Shown: piece by piece, positions 1-9,535 of the stretch
Layout of the letters: the number at the start of each line of letters is the position of its first letter
How positions within the stretch are numbered: position 1 is the first letter of the stretch
Assembly: GCA_964249215.1 (NCBI GenBank)
Contig: CAXUBE010000001.1
Coordinates: forward strand, 5,292-69,291
Length of the DNA stretch: 64,000 nt
Direction of reading: 5' to 3'
Source: an uncultured Rhodopseudomonas sp.
Lineage (GTDB): Bacteria > Pseudomonadota > Alphaproteobacteria > Rhizobiales > Xanthobacteraceae
Program-made: the position numbers and the translations under genes
Notes under the pieces: generated by a model
Seen by the model: only the letters and a program-made list of their open reading frames with translations
Databases searched by the model: none
What the model was told of the DNA's origin: nothing

Positions 1-1090
1 CGACCTCGACGTCGGTGCCGAAATCGTCGCAAATATGCCGCTCGAGTTCATGCGCGATGTCGTGCGCGTCCTCGAGCGGCATCTCGCCGTCGACCTCGAG
101 ATCGATGCTCACCGAGAGCCTGCCGCCTAGGTCGTGGACCGTGACGTGATGGATCGCGAGGCCGGAATTGCGCGCGATCACCATGATGCGCTCGCGCACG
201 CTCTCATTGTCGCGCGCCACCGGGATCGCGGTGAAGGTGAGGTCGGCGTCGCGCAGCGCGTGCGTCACCGCGTCCTGCGCTTCGCGCTTGATCTCGTCGA
301 TGCGGTCGATCGGATAGGTCCGCGGCACTTCGACGAGCGCGTCGATGAAATGCGTCGATCCGACCATCCGCACCCGCAGCCGCTCGATGCCGAGCACGCC
401 CGGCACCGCACCGATCACCTCGCGGGCCTTTTCCGATACGCCTTCCGGCGCGCGGTCGAGCAGCGTCTCGATGGTGGAGCGGCCGAGCCGCAGGCCGAGG
501 ATCGAGATCATCACCGCGACGCCGAGCGCCGCGGCGGCGTCGCCCCATTGAAAACCGAATGCCGACAGCACGAGGCCGATGACGACCGCGATCGATCCCA
601 GCACGTCGGAGGCAAAGTGCAGCGCGTCGGCGGCGAGCGCCTGGCTGTTGGTATCGCGCGCGGTGCGGTGCAGCGCGCTGGCGCGCCAGAAATTGACGAC
701 GATATCGACCGCCAGCACCACGAATGCGATCTTCGAAAACGACGGCGGCGTGCCGCCTTCGCGCAGCCGGCCGAAGGCCTCGACGACGATGCCGCCGGCC
801 AGCACGTACAGCATCGCGATCACGCCGAGCGCGGACAGACTTTCGATCTTGCCGTGGCCGTAATTATGCGCCTCGTCGGCGGGGCGATCGGAGACGCGCA
901 CCACCAGCCAGGTGATCACGGTCGCGACCAGATCGACCGAGCTGTGCAGCGCCTCGGAGATCAGCGCAAGACTGCCGATCGCGATGCCGACGATGAATTT
1001 CGCGGTGGCCATCGCGGCGCTGGCGACGACCGATATCGCGGCGGCGCGCGACTTGACGCTGGTATGGGCGTGGATGTGGCTGCCAGTCAT
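1..1090 (-). CDS. Cation diffusion facilitator (CDF) family divalent-metal efflux protein; C-terminus lies beyond the window edge
   Basis: The minus-strand frame is open from the ATG at 1088-1090 to position 1. It is missing from the ORF track because no stop falls in the window. My translation is MTGSHIHAHTSVKSRAAAISVVASAAMATAKFIVG..SEALHSSVDLVATVITW..EAHNYGHGKIESLSAL..AADALHFASDVLGS, followed by a cytoplasmic alpha/beta domain. This is the CDF six-TM layout with HxxxD-type metal-site motifs. Confidence 0.8.
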   Translation of the reverse strand, partial: MTGSHIHAHTSVKSRAAAISVVASAAMATAKFIVGIAIGSLALISEALHSSVDLVATVITWLVVRVSDRPADEAHNYGHGKIESLSALGVIAMLYVLAGGIVVEAFGRLREGGTPPSFSKIAFVVLAVDIVVNFWRASALHRTARDTNSQALAADALHFASDVLGSIAVVIGLVLSAFGFQWGDAAAALGVAVMISILGLRLGRSTIETLLDRAPEGVSEKAREVIGAVPGVLGIERLRVRMVGSTHFIDALVEVPRTYPIDRIDEIKREAQDAVTHALRDADLTFTAIPVARDNESVRERIMVIARNSGLAIHHVTVHDLGGRLSVSIDLEVDGEMPLEDAHDIAHELERHICDDFGTDVEV

Positions 1091-1211
1091 CGGCGCGGTT
1101 TAGCAGCCCCGTCCGCGACGGGAAAGTCGAACGGCTCCAGCCGAATGTCGCAGCCGCGCGATCGCGCGGTTGTTGCGAATTGTTCCGATTTGCAACGCGC
1201 GACGCCGCCGC

Positions 1212-2180
1212 TCAAAGCGTGACGACGATCTTGCCGAGATGCTGGTTGGCTTCCATGCGCGCGAACGCGGCGCCGATCTCGGCAAACCGATAGACCTTGT
1301 CGATCGGCAGCTTCAGTTCGCGCGACTCCACCGCCGGCCAGATATCGCCGCGCACCTGGGTGAAGATTTCGCGGATCTCCTCGATCGAGCGGGTGCGGAA
1401 CGTGACGCCGATGTAGTCGATGCGACGCGCGGCGTGCAGGTCGAAATTGAAATCGGCATGGGTGCCGCCGAGCCGGCCGACATTGACGATGCGGCCGCGC
1501 ACCCTGGTCGCGGCGAGGTTCTGGTTGGCGACCTTGCCGGACACCTGGTCGATGATCAGGTCGACGCCTTCGCCGTCGGTCGCCTTCAGCACCTGCCCGA
1601 CCCAGGCCGGATCGGCGGAATCGATCGCGAGATCGGCGCCGAACTCTTTCAGCCGCGCGCGCCGTGCCGGATCGGTGGAGGAGCCGATCACCAGCCGCGC
1701 GCCTTTCAGCCGCGCGATCTGCAGCGCCACCAGGCCGACGCCGGAACTCGCGCCCTGGATCAGCACCCGTTGCCCGGACCGCAACGCGCCGACCGCGACC
1801 AGCGCGTTGTGCATCGTGGACAGCGCAACGGGCAGGGTGGCGGCATCCTCGAAGCTCATGCCGTCGGGAATCGGAAACAGCCGGCCATGATCGGCGAGCG
1901 TGAATTCGCCGAACGCCGCGCCGCCGGATCCCATCACGCGGTCGCCGGGCTTCACGCCCTGCGCGTCGGGGCCGAGCTCCACGACCTCGCCCGCCCATTC
2001 CATGCCGAGCACGGTGCCGACGCCGCCCGTCGCGCCGTGCACGTGGCCCTTGGTCATGCCGAGATCGGCGCGGTTCAAGCCGCAGGCGTGCACCTTCACC
2101 AGGAGCTGAACGGTTTTCGGAACCGGCTTGTCGATCTCGGCGATTTCGGCGCCGTCGGCGCCGTAGACATAGGCCTTCAT
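1212..2180 (-). CDS. Zn-dependent alcohol dehydrogenase / quinone oxidoreductase (MDR superfamily)
   Basis: 322-aa ORF. It has a GroES-like N-terminus (VKVHACGLNRADL, PGDRVMG) and a Rossmann nucleotide motif (VLIQGASSGVGLVALQIA), typical of NADPH:quinone reductase-like MDR proteins. Confidence 0.8.
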   Translation of the reverse strand: MKAYVYGADGAEIAEIDKPVPKTVQLLVKVHACGLNRADLGMTKGHVHGATGGVGTVLGMEWAGEVVELGPDAQGVKPGDRVMGSGGAAFGEFTLADHGRLFPIPDGMSFEDAATLPVALSTMHNALVAVGALRSGQRVLIQGASSGVGLVALQIARLKGARLVIGSSTDPARRARLKEFGADLAIDSADPAWVGQVLKATDGEGVDLIIDQVSGKVANQNLAATRVRGRIVNVGRLGGTHADFNFDLHAARRIDYIGVTFRTRSIEEIREIFTQVRGDIWPAVESRELKLPIDKVYRFAEIGAAFARMEANQHLGKIVVTL

Positions 2181-2252
2181 CGGGTTCCTTCGCGTCGTTG
2201 AAGGACGCGAGGATGCCGACGCGCCGCCGAAAAGTCCACGCGCCGTCGCGCG

Positions 2253-3026
2253 TCAGCGATGAAATTCGTTGTGCAATTCGCCGATGCCCTCGATCGCGAT
2301 CGTCACCTGGTTGATCGGCTCCTTCATCACCCCGACGCCGACCGACGTGCCGCAGCAGATCAGGTCGCCCGGCAGCAGCGTCATGTCGTGCGAAATCTTC
2401 GCGACCAGTTGCTGCGGCGAGAAGATCATGTCGGCGACCGGGTAGTTCTGCCGCTCGGCGCCGTTGAGGACGGTGCGGACGTGCAGCGCGGCGGGATCGA
2501 TGCCGGCGACGATCGACGGGCCGAACGGCCCGAAGCCGTCGAAGCTTTTGGCGCGCGCCCATTGCGCGAACGTCGCGTCGCGGTTGAGAGTGTCGGCGGC
2601 GGTGATGTCGTTGACGCAGGTGTAGCCGAAGATATGCGCGTCGGCCTCCGCGGCGGAAATCCCGCCGCAGCGCCTGCCGATCACGATGCCGAGTTCGCCT
2701 TCATAGACGACCTTGCCGTCGTAGGACGCCGGTCGCATGACGACCGCGCCGGGCGCCGTGACGCTCGAGGGCGCCTTGAGAAAGTACAAAGGCTCCGCCG
2801 GCTCCGGCGAATTCAGCTTCGCCGCCAGCGCGCGGAAATTATTCCACAGGCCGACGATCTTCGACGGCGCGCAGGGCGCCAGAAGCGCGACATCGGCCAG
2901 CGCGTGCCGAACGCCCGTCGCGGCGTTGTCGCCGAACATCTCGCCGTCATGCACAGTGATTGCGTTTTGCGCCAGCGTGCCGAAGCCCGTGCCGCCGTCG
3001 CGGCGAAAGCGCACCCAGTGCGTCAT
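2253..3026 (-). CDS. Fumarylacetoacetate hydrolase (FAH) family protein
   Basis: 257-aa ORF with FAH-fold hallmarks: YEGELGIVIGRR, GYTCVNDITA, KSFDGFGPFGP, LLPGDLICCGT. Confidence 0.8.
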   Translation of the reverse strand: MTHWVRFRRDGGTGFGTLAQNAITVHDGEMFGDNAATGVRHALADVALLAPCAPSKIVGLWNNFRALAAKLNSPEPAEPLYFLKAPSSVTAPGAVVMRPASYDGKVVYEGELGIVIGRRCGGISAAEADAHIFGYTCVNDITAADTLNRDATFAQWARAKSFDGFGPFGPSIVAGIDPAALHVRTVLNGAERQNYPVADMIFSPQQLVAKISHDMTLLPGDLICCGTSVGVGVMKEPINQVTIAIEGIGELHNEFHR

Positions 3027-3060
3027 TGGCAGTTCCTCGAAAATGACGGGTGGCGCACGC

Positions 3061-4035
3061 TCAATACAATCCCGCGACCTTGGCGCGCTGGATCACCAGG
3101 CCGAGCACGGCGTCGATCGCCGGCGTCGGAATCCGGGTCAGCCGGCCCATCTCCTGCACCACGGTGACCAGCGGGTCGATTTCCATCGGCCGGCCGCGCT
3201 CCAGGTCCTGCAGCATCGAGGTCTTGTGCGCGCCGACCTTGCGCGCGCCTTCGATGCGGCGCTCGACATCGACGCGGAATTTCACGCCGAAGGTCTCGGC
3301 GATCGCCTGGGTCTCCAGCATCATCGCCTTCGACAGCGCGCGCGTGGCGGGGTCCGAGCAGATCACCTCGAGCGTCGCATGGGTCAGCGCGCTGATCGGG
3401 TTGAAGCAGACATTGCCCCAAAGCTTCAGCCAGATCTCGTCGCGGATGCGGTCCAGCACCGGCGCCTGCAGCCCTGCGGCGACGAACAGCGCGGCGAGCT
3501 TCTCGACATCGGCGGTGGTCTCGCCGGACGGCTCGCCCAGCGGAAATTTGTCGCCATAGACGTGGCGGATCACGCCCGGCGCTTCGATCTCGGTCGCGGG
3601 ATACACGATGCAGCCGATCGCGCGCTGCGGGCCGAGCTCGCGCCATTGCCTGCCGCCGGGATCGACGCTTTCCAGCGCCGAGCCTTCGAGCGCGTTGCCG
3701 TGCTTGTAGAAGTACCAATAGGGGATGCCGTTCACCGCGGTGACGATGCGGGTATGGTCGCCGAGCAGCGGCTGCATCTGCGCGATCACGCCGGTGATCG
3801 AATGCGCCTTGAGGCAGATGATGACGACGTCCTGTACGCCGAGATCGGCGGGCTTGTCGGTGCAGCGCGGCCGCACCACGCGCTCCTCGCCGCCGATCAG
3901 CAGCTTCAGCCCGTTGGACTGCATCGCCGCCAGATGCGCGCCGCGCGCCACCAGGCCGACATCGGCACCGGCCTGCGCCAGTTGCACGCCGAGATAGCCG
4001 CCGATCGCGCCGGCGCCGTAAATACAGACTTTCAT
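3061..4035 (-). CDS. 2-dehydropantoate 2-reductase family (PanE/ApbA-like) NAD(P)H oxidoreductase; candidate oxalyl-CoA reductase
   Basis: The real start is the ATG at 4033-4035 (MKVCIYGAGAIGGYLG dinucleotide-binding motif). The 739-aa track ORF is an upstream read-through into the neighbouring gene. PanE-type C-terminal domain present (KTSMLQDLERGRPMEID). Lies next to the oxalate genes. Confidence 0.8.
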   Translation of the reverse strand: MKVCIYGAGAIGGYLGVQLAQAGADVGLVARGAHLAAMQSNGLKLLIGGEERVVRPRCTDKPADLGVQDVVIICLKAHSITGVIAQMQPLLGDHTRIVTAVNGIPYWYFYKHGNALEGSALESVDPGGRQWRELGPQRAIGCIVYPATEIEAPGVIRHVYGDKFPLGEPSGETTADVEKLAALFVAAGLQAPVLDRIRDEIWLKLWGNVCFNPISALTHATLEVICSDPATRALSKAMMLETQAIAETFGVKFRVDVERRIEGARKVGAHKTSMLQDLERGRPMEIDPLVTVVQEMGRLTRIPTPAIDAVLGLVIQRAKVAGLY

Positions 4036-4049
4036 GGAACGGTCTTTCC

Positions 4050-5339
4050 TCAGGAAGCGCGGGCGCCGGCGATCACCGATCTGCGCCATGGTTTGAGCAC
4101 GAGCAGCGCCAGCAATGACGCCAGGATGTTGGCGGCGGCCGCGATCATGAACACGCCGTCCCAATTGCCGGAGGATTGCTGCATGTAGTTGGCGAAGGGG
4201 ACCAGCAAGGCCGCGGTGCCTTTTGCGGTATAAAGCAGCCCGGCATTGGTGGTCGCGAATTTGGCACCGAAAGTATCGGTGCAGGTCGAGGGAAACAGCG
4301 AATAGATCTCGCCCCAGGCGAAGAACACCGCGCCCGACAGCAGCACGAACCACACCGGATCGTGGCCATAGAGATAGAGCGCGTATATGCCGATGCCTTC
4401 GAGGCCGAAGGCGATGAACATGGTGTTCTCGCGGCCGATCATGTCGGACACCCAGCCGAAGAACGGCCGGGTCAGGCCGTTCAGGATGCGGTCGAAGGTG
4501 GCGGCGAACGTCACCGCGGTCATGGTCATCGCCATCAGGGTCACGGGCACGTTGTCGATCTTCCAGTCGGTCGCGATCGGCTTCAGGTTCGCGGTGATCA
4601 TCAGGCCGCCCGCGCCGACGATGACGAACATGACGTACATCAGCCAGAACACCGGCTGGCCGATCACCTCCATCGGCCGATAATCCCGTCGCGTCTGGAT
4701 CACGTTGGCGTTTCGGATCACGGCCGGCACCTGTCCGGGCTTCGGCGCAAACAAGAGGAAGGCGAGGACGACGATGACGAGCCCCTGGCCGAGGCCGAAA
4801 TAGAGGAAGGTGGCCTGGAAACCGGATTCCCTGATCATCGCCTGGATCGGCGCGACCGTCAGCGCCGATCCCGCGCCGAATCCGGCAGCGGTGATGCCGG
4901 CCGCAAGGCCGCGTTTGTCGGGAAACCATTTCAGCGCGTTGCCGACGCAGGTGCCGTAGACGCCGCCCGCACCGATCCCCGCGATGATCATGCCCAGATA
5001 GTAGCCGTTCAGCGTGGTGGCCTCGGCGTTGATCGCCCAGCCGATCCCGCAAAGGATGCCGCCGATCAGCACCACGAGACGCGGTCCGTATCTGTCGACG
5101 AACCAGCCCTCGATCGGGACCAGCCAGGTCTCGAACAGAACGAACAGCGTGAACGCCCATTGGATCGAGGCGCGGTCCCAGCCGAATTTCTTCTGGATGT
5201 CGGGGACGAAAAAGGTCCAGCCATATTGGTAGTTCGCGATCATCACCATCGCGCCCACGCCGACGGCGAGTTGGGTCCAACGGTAGGCGTCGCTGACTCG
5301 CGCGGCGGCCGGCGTCGCCCCTTGTACGGTGTCGGTCAT
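4050..5339 (-). CDS. oxlT: MFS transporter of the oxalate:formate antiporter (OFA) family
   Basis: 12-TM MFS-like sequence (QYGWTFFVPDIQKKFGWDRASIQWAFTLFVLFETW, FPDKRGLAAGITAAGFGAGSA) typical of OxlT-like proteins. I chose the start at ATG 5337-5339 (MTDTV) because a GGGGGGAG Shine-Dalgarno sits just upstream on the coding strand. Directly downstream of frc and oxc. Confidence 0.8.
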   Translation of the reverse strand: MTDTVQGATPAAARVSDAYRWTQLAVGVGAMVMIANYQYGWTFFVPDIQKKFGWDRASIQWAFTLFVLFETWLVPIEGWFVDRYGPRLVVLIGGILCGIGWAINAEATTLNGYYLGMIIAGIGAGGVYGTCVGNALKWFPDKRGLAAGITAAGFGAGSALTVAPIQAMIRESGFQATFLYFGLGQGLVIVVLAFLLFAPKPGQVPAVIRNANVIQTRRDYRPMEVIGQPVFWLMYVMFVIVGAGGLMITANLKPIATDWKIDNVPVTLMAMTMTAVTFAATFDRILNGLTRPFFGWVSDMIGRENTMFIAFGLEGIGIYALYLYGHDPVWFVLLSGAVFFAWGEIYSLFPSTCTDTFGAKFATTNAGLLYTAKGTAALLVPFANYMQQSSGNWDGVFMIAAAANILASLLALLVLKPWRRSVIAGARAS

Positions 5340-5466
5340 TGCTCCCCCCAACTTTTTTTCTTGGAACCTCCGCATGTTAGGCGCAGGTGCGGTCGATGGC
5401 GACGCGGCAAATAGCCCTGCGAGTCATCACTTCGTATAGGATGGCGCGCCCCGCAGGCTTGCAGGG

Positions 5467-6744
5467 CTATTCCGCCGCCACCTTGCGCGGCGGATCGAGC
5501 GCGCCGGAATCGTGGATTTCCGCGACCTGATGATCGCTGAAGCCCAGCACCTGGCGCAGGATTTCGTCGGTGTGCTCGCCGAGCAGCGGCGAGCGGGTCA
5601 CCTCGGTCGGCGAGTCGGACATCTTGATCGGGTTGCCGACCGACAGATACTTGCCGCGCGCGGGGTGATCGACCTCGACCACCGTGCCGGTGGCGCGCAG
5701 CGACGGATCCTCGGCAAGCTCCTTCATCGACAGGATCGGCCCGCAGGGGATGTCGTCCCTGTTCAGAATCTCCATCGCCTCGAACTTGGTCTTGGTCATG
5801 GTCCACTGCTCGATGCGGGCGAAGATGTCGTTGAGGTGCTTCAGCCGCGCCGCCGGCTTGGCGAAATCCGGATGCGTCTTCCATCCCGGCTCGCCGATCA
5901 CGTCGCAGATCTTTTCCCACACCGGCGCCTGTGTGATGAAGTAGATGTAGGCGTTGGGATCGGTCTCCCATCCCTTGCACTTCAGGATGCGGCCGGGCTG
6001 GCCGCCGCCGGAATCATTGCCGGCGCGCGGCACCGCCTCGCCGAACGCGATGCCTTCGCCGAACTGGCTGTACTCTTTGAGCGGGCCGTGCGCCAGCCGC
6101 TGCTGATCGCGCAGCTTGACGCGCGACAGGTTGAGCACGCCGTCCTGCATCGCGGCGGTGACGCGCTGGCCGCGGCCGGTGACGGTGCGCTGGTAGAGCG
6201 CGGTGACGATGCCGAGCGCCAGATGCAAGCCGGTGCCGCTGTCGCCGATCTGCGCGCCGGTGACCAGCGGCAGGCCGTCGCGAAAGCCGGTGGTGGAGGC
6301 CGCGCCGCCGGTGCATTGCGCGACGTTCTCATAGACCTTGCAGTCCTCGTAGGGACCGGGACCGAAGCCTTTGATCGACGCGACGATCATCTTCGGATTG
6401 ATGGCGTTGATCTTCTCCCAGGGAAATCCCATGCGGTCGAGCACGCCGGGGCCGAAATTTTCCACCAGCACGTCGCAGGATTTGATCAGCGCGGTGAGCA
6501 CGTCCTTGCCCTTCGGGTTCTTGGTGTCGAGCGTGATCGAGCGCTTGTTGTGGTTCAGCATGGTGAAGTACAGGCTGTCGGCGTTCGGCACGTCCTGCAA
6601 TTGCCCGCGGGTGATGTCGCCGACGCCGGGACGCTCCACCTTGATCACGTCGGCGCCGAACCACGCCAGCAATTGCGTGCAGGTCGGCCCCGACTGGACG
6701 TGGGTGAAATCGAGAATGCGGACGCCTTGCAGCGCTTTGGTCAT
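5467..6744 (-). CDS. frc: Formyl-CoA:oxalate CoA-transferase
   Basis: Near-colinear match to remembered E. coli/Oxalobacter Frc sequences ([71 protein letters not shown]). A GGAGAG SD lies 6 nt upstream of the ATG at 6742-6744 (MTKAL). Confidence 0.95.
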   Translation of the reverse strand: MTKALQGVRILDFTHVQSGPTCTQLLAWFGADVIKVERPGVGDITRGQLQDVPNADSLYFTMLNHNKRSITLDTKNPKGKDVLTALIKSCDVLVENFGPGVLDRMGFPWEKINAINPKMIVASIKGFGPGPYEDCKVYENVAQCTGGAASTTGFRDGLPLVTGAQIGDSGTGLHLALGIVTALYQRTVTGRGQRVTAAMQDGVLNLSRVKLRDQQRLAHGPLKEYSQFGEGIAFGEAVPRAGNDSGGGQPGRILKCKGWETDPNAYIYFITQAPVWEKICDVIGEPGWKTHPDFAKPAARLKHLNDIFARIEQWTMTKTKFEAMEILNRDDIPCGPILSMKELAEDPSLRATGTVVEVDHPARGKYLSVGNPIKMSDSPTEVTRSPLLGEHTDEILRQVLGFSDHQVAEIHDSGALDPPRKVAAE

Positions 6745-6807
6745 CATTATCTCTCCGATTGTTGCCGTCATGCCCGCGAAAGCGGGAAATGACGCCGGCG
6801 TCGTTGT

Positions 6808-8547
6808 CTACTTCTTCTTCAGCATGCTTTGCGGGTTGAGGTTGCCGATCCGGCCGCTTTCGCTGCCGGCGGCGGGATCGATCACCGCATTGATCAATGT
6901 CGGCCTGCCCGAATCCATCGCGGCCTCGACCGCGCGTTTGAGATCGTCCGGCGTGGTCGCATTGACGCCGCTGCCGCCGAACGCCTCCATCATCCTGTCG
7001 TAGCGCGCTCCCTTGACGAACACGGTCGGCGCCACGTCGGCGCCGCCGCTCGGATTGACGTCGGTGCCGCGATAGATGCCGTCATTGTTGAAGACCACGA
7101 TACAGACCGGCAGATGATAGCGGCAGATGGTCTCGACCTCCATGCCGGAGAAGCCGAACGCGCTGTCGCCTTCGATCGCGAGCACCGGCTTGCCGGTCTC
7201 GATGGCGGCAGCGATCGCAAAGCCCATGCCGATGCCCATCACGCCCCAGGTGCCGACGTCGAGGCGCTTGCGCGGCTGGTACATGTCGATCACGCCGCGC
7301 GCCAGGTCCAGCGTGTTGGCGCCCTCATTGACCAGGATCGCGTCGGGGCGTTGCCTGATGACGCCGCGCAGCGCGCCGAGCGCGCCGTGATGATCCATCG
7401 GCGTGTTGTTGTTCATCAGCCGCGGCGCCATCTTCGCGATATTGTCGTCGCGCCTGTTCGCGACCGCGCTGATCCAGTCGGCCGGCGCGACAGGCCAGTC
7501 GTCACCCATCGCGGCAAGCAGCGCGGACACGCACGAGCCGATATCGCCCACGACCGGCGCCGCGATTCCGACGTTGGAGTCCATCTCGCGCGGCTCGATG
7601 TCGATCTGGATGAATTTCTTCGGCGCGTCGCCCCAGCTCTTGCCCTTGCCGTGCGACAGCAGCCAGTTCAGCCGCGCGCCGATCATCAGCACGACGTCGG
7701 CGTCCTTCAGCACCGTCGAGCGCGCCGCGCCCGCGCATTGCGGATGGGTGTCGGGCAACAGCCCCTTGGCCATGCTCATCGGCAGGAACGGGATCCCGCT
7801 GGCCTCGACCAGCGCGCGGATCGCGTCGTCAGCCTGCGCGTAGGCCGCGCCCTTGCCGAGAATGATCAGCGGCCGCCTTGCGCTTCTGAGCACGTCGAGC
7901 GCGCGCGTCACCGCGTCGGGCGAGGGGATCTGCGCCGGCGCCGCGTCGATCACCCTGACCAGCGATTTGCGGCCGGCTTGCGCATCCATCACCTGGGAGA
8001 ACAGTTTCGCGGGAAGGTCGAGATAGACCCCGCCCGGGCGTCCCGACACCGCGGCGCGGATGGCGCGGGCAAGCCCGATGCCGATGTCGCGCGCGTGCAG
8101 CACGCGGAACGCCGCCTTGCACAGCGGCCGCGCGATCGCGAGCTGGTCCATTTCCTCGTAGTCGCCCTGCTGCAGATCGACGATCTCGCGCTCGGACGAG
8201 CCGGAGATCAGGATCATCGGAAAGCAGTTCGTGGTTGCGTTGGCGAGCGCGGTAAGGCCGTTGAGAAATCCGGGCGCCGACACCGTCAGGCAGATGCCGG
8301 GTCTCTTGGTGAGGAAGCCCGCGATCGCCGCGGCGTGGCCGGCGTTCTGCTCGTGGCGAAACGAGATCACGCGGAGGCCTGCGGCCTGCGCCATGCGGCC
8401 GAAATCGGTGATCGGAATTCCGGGCACGCCGTAGATCGTGGTCAGCCCGTTGAGCTTGAGCGCGTCGATCATCAGATGGAAGCCGTCGGTCTGTTCGGGC
8501 TCGGCTTCGATCATCGTCGCGGCAATGCTCTGGGCGGCTGCGGACAT
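6808..8547 (-). CDS. oxc: Oxalyl-CoA decarboxylase (thiamine-diphosphate dependent)
   Basis: ThDP-enzyme architecture with Oxc-type motifs ([54 protein letters not shown]). Start set at ATG 8545-8547 (MSAAAQS). The 47 codons further upstream in the track ORF are Arg/Pro-rich and unlikely to be coding. Confidence 0.92.
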   Translation of the reverse strand: MSAAAQSIAATMIEAEPEQTDGFHLMIDALKLNGLTTIYGVPGIPITDFGRMAQAAGLRVISFRHEQNAGHAAAIAGFLTKRPGICLTVSAPGFLNGLTALANATTNCFPMILISGSSEREIVDLQQGDYEEMDQLAIARPLCKAAFRVLHARDIGIGLARAIRAAVSGRPGGVYLDLPAKLFSQVMDAQAGRKSLVRVIDAAPAQIPSPDAVTRALDVLRSARRPLIILGKGAAYAQADDAIRALVEASGIPFLPMSMAKGLLPDTHPQCAGAARSTVLKDADVVLMIGARLNWLLSHGKGKSWGDAPKKFIQIDIEPREMDSNVGIAAPVVGDIGSCVSALLAAMGDDWPVAPADWISAVANRRDDNIAKMAPRLMNNNTPMDHHGALGALRGVIRQRPDAILVNEGANTLDLARGVIDMYQPRKRLDVGTWGVMGIGMGFAIAAAIETGKPVLAIEGDSAFGFSGMEVETICRYHLPVCIVVFNNDGIYRGTDVNPSGGADVAPTVFVKGARYDRMMEAFGGSGVNATTPDDLKRAVEAAMDSGRPTLINAVIDPAAGSESGRIGNLNPQSMLKKK

Positions 8548-8608
8548 GGCTTCGACTCCCACGGTCGCTTTTCTTGATCGGACGCGTTCCGCGCCGCCGG
8601 CCGGCCGG

Positions 8609-9304
8609 TCAGGTGAACAGCTCCTGGCCGTGCGCCTCGACATAGGCGGCAAGGCCAAGCGTATGGTCGCGCGCGCGCTTTTCGGCAAGCTCGGTATCGC
8701 GCGCCTCCAGCGCCTCGATGATCGCCAGATGCTCGGGCAGCGAAACCGCGGTGCGGTCGGTGCGGCCGATGGTCAACTGCCGGTAGCCGCGCACATGCAG
8801 CAGGATATCGTTGGTCATGTCGACCAGCACGGGGGATTCGCTCAGCGAGATCAGCGCCTGGTGGAAGGCGATGTTGGCCCTGGAATATTCCTCGACGTGA
8901 TCCTGCGGCAGCCGGTCGGGTCCGAATTCCCTGAAGAAATCGCGCAGCGCCGAAATGTCCTTCTTGCGCGCGGCGGTGGTGATCAGCCGCGCCGCCATGC
9001 TCTCCAGCGCGGCCCAGGCGCGGATCATGTCGACGATCTCGAGCTTGGTGCGGCGGACCACGACGATGCCGCGGCGCGGCACGGTCTTGACGAAACCATC
9101 CTGCTCCAGCATGGCGATGGCTTCGCGGATCGGCGTGCGGCTGACGCCGAGCCGTTCGGAGAGCGCGCGCTCGTCCAGCATCACCTGCTCGGGCGTGGCG
9201 TAGATATCCATCTTGAGAATGGCGTCCTTCAAGGCGTCATAGGCCTTGGTCTTGAAGCTGGTCTCGGGCGCGATCCGCATGATCGCGATATCTGCCTCAG
9301 CCAT
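8609..9304 (-). CDS. GntR-family (FadR/FCD subfamily) transcriptional regulator
   Basis: N-terminal winged HTH ([37 protein letters not shown]) and a C-terminal FCD-like helical domain. Start set at ATG 9302-9304 (MAEADIA). Confidence 0.85.
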   Translation of the reverse strand: MAEADIAIMRIAPETSFKTKAYDALKDAILKMDIYATPEQVMLDERALSERLGVSRTPIREAIAMLEQDGFVKTVPRRGIVVVRRTKLEIVDMIRAWAALESMAARLITTAARKKDISALRDFFREFGPDRLPQDHVEEYSRANIAFHQALISLSESPVLVDMTNDILLHVRGYRQLTIGRTDRTAVSLPEHLAIIEALEARDTELAEKRARDHTLGLAAYVEAHGQELFT

Positions 9305-9390
9305 CGTCGCCGGCGCCCTGATTGTCGTCCGAACGCGCATCGTAGCATATCCGCCGCGACGAGCTACGGCAGCGTTCGACGCGGCTGCTT

Positions 9391-9490
9391 TTGGCATGCC
9401 AAATGCCAAAGTGTCAATGACATGAAAATGCCCCGCTGCTATCAAGACGGCTCCTTGACAATCCAAATTGTGGCATACCAAATGCCAAAA
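9391..9490. promoter_or_regulatory. Two copies of a palindrome-containing motif (candidate GntR operators) overlapping a TTGACA -35-like hexamer
   Basis: TTGGCATGCCAAATGCCAAA lies at 9391-9410 and TGGCATACCAAATGCCAAAA at 9471-9490. Each contains GGCAT-N5-ATGCC, and the first also contains the perfect palindrome TTGGCATGCCAA. TTGACA is at 9455-9460. The sites sit in the divergent intergenic region between the GntR gene and the acyl-CoA synthetase gene. Confidence 0.45.
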
Positions 9491-9535
9491 TTAAGAGGCT
9501 GGGGGCAGAGTCGCTCCGCAAGCTCGGGGACGCCG

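Noticed and set aside
134-2562. Plus-strand 362-aa ORF (134-1222) and minus-strand 491-aa ORF (1087-2562)
   Set aside because: They are antisense or out of frame to the CDF transporter and MDR oxidoreductase genes, which have clear family motifs. Their translations are Arg/Asp/His-rich.
4036-5280. Upstream extension of the PanE-like ORF to 739 aa
   Set aside because: It overlaps the OxlT-like MFS gene in another frame and is Arg-rich. The dinucleotide-binding motif immediately follows the ATG at 4035.
8438-9535. N-terminal 366 codons of the 1,075-aa track ORF (would give a giant acyl-CoA synthetase)
   Set aside because: This part overlaps the GntR gene on the opposite strand and the intergenic operator region and has no family similarity. 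Similarity starts at ATG 9536.
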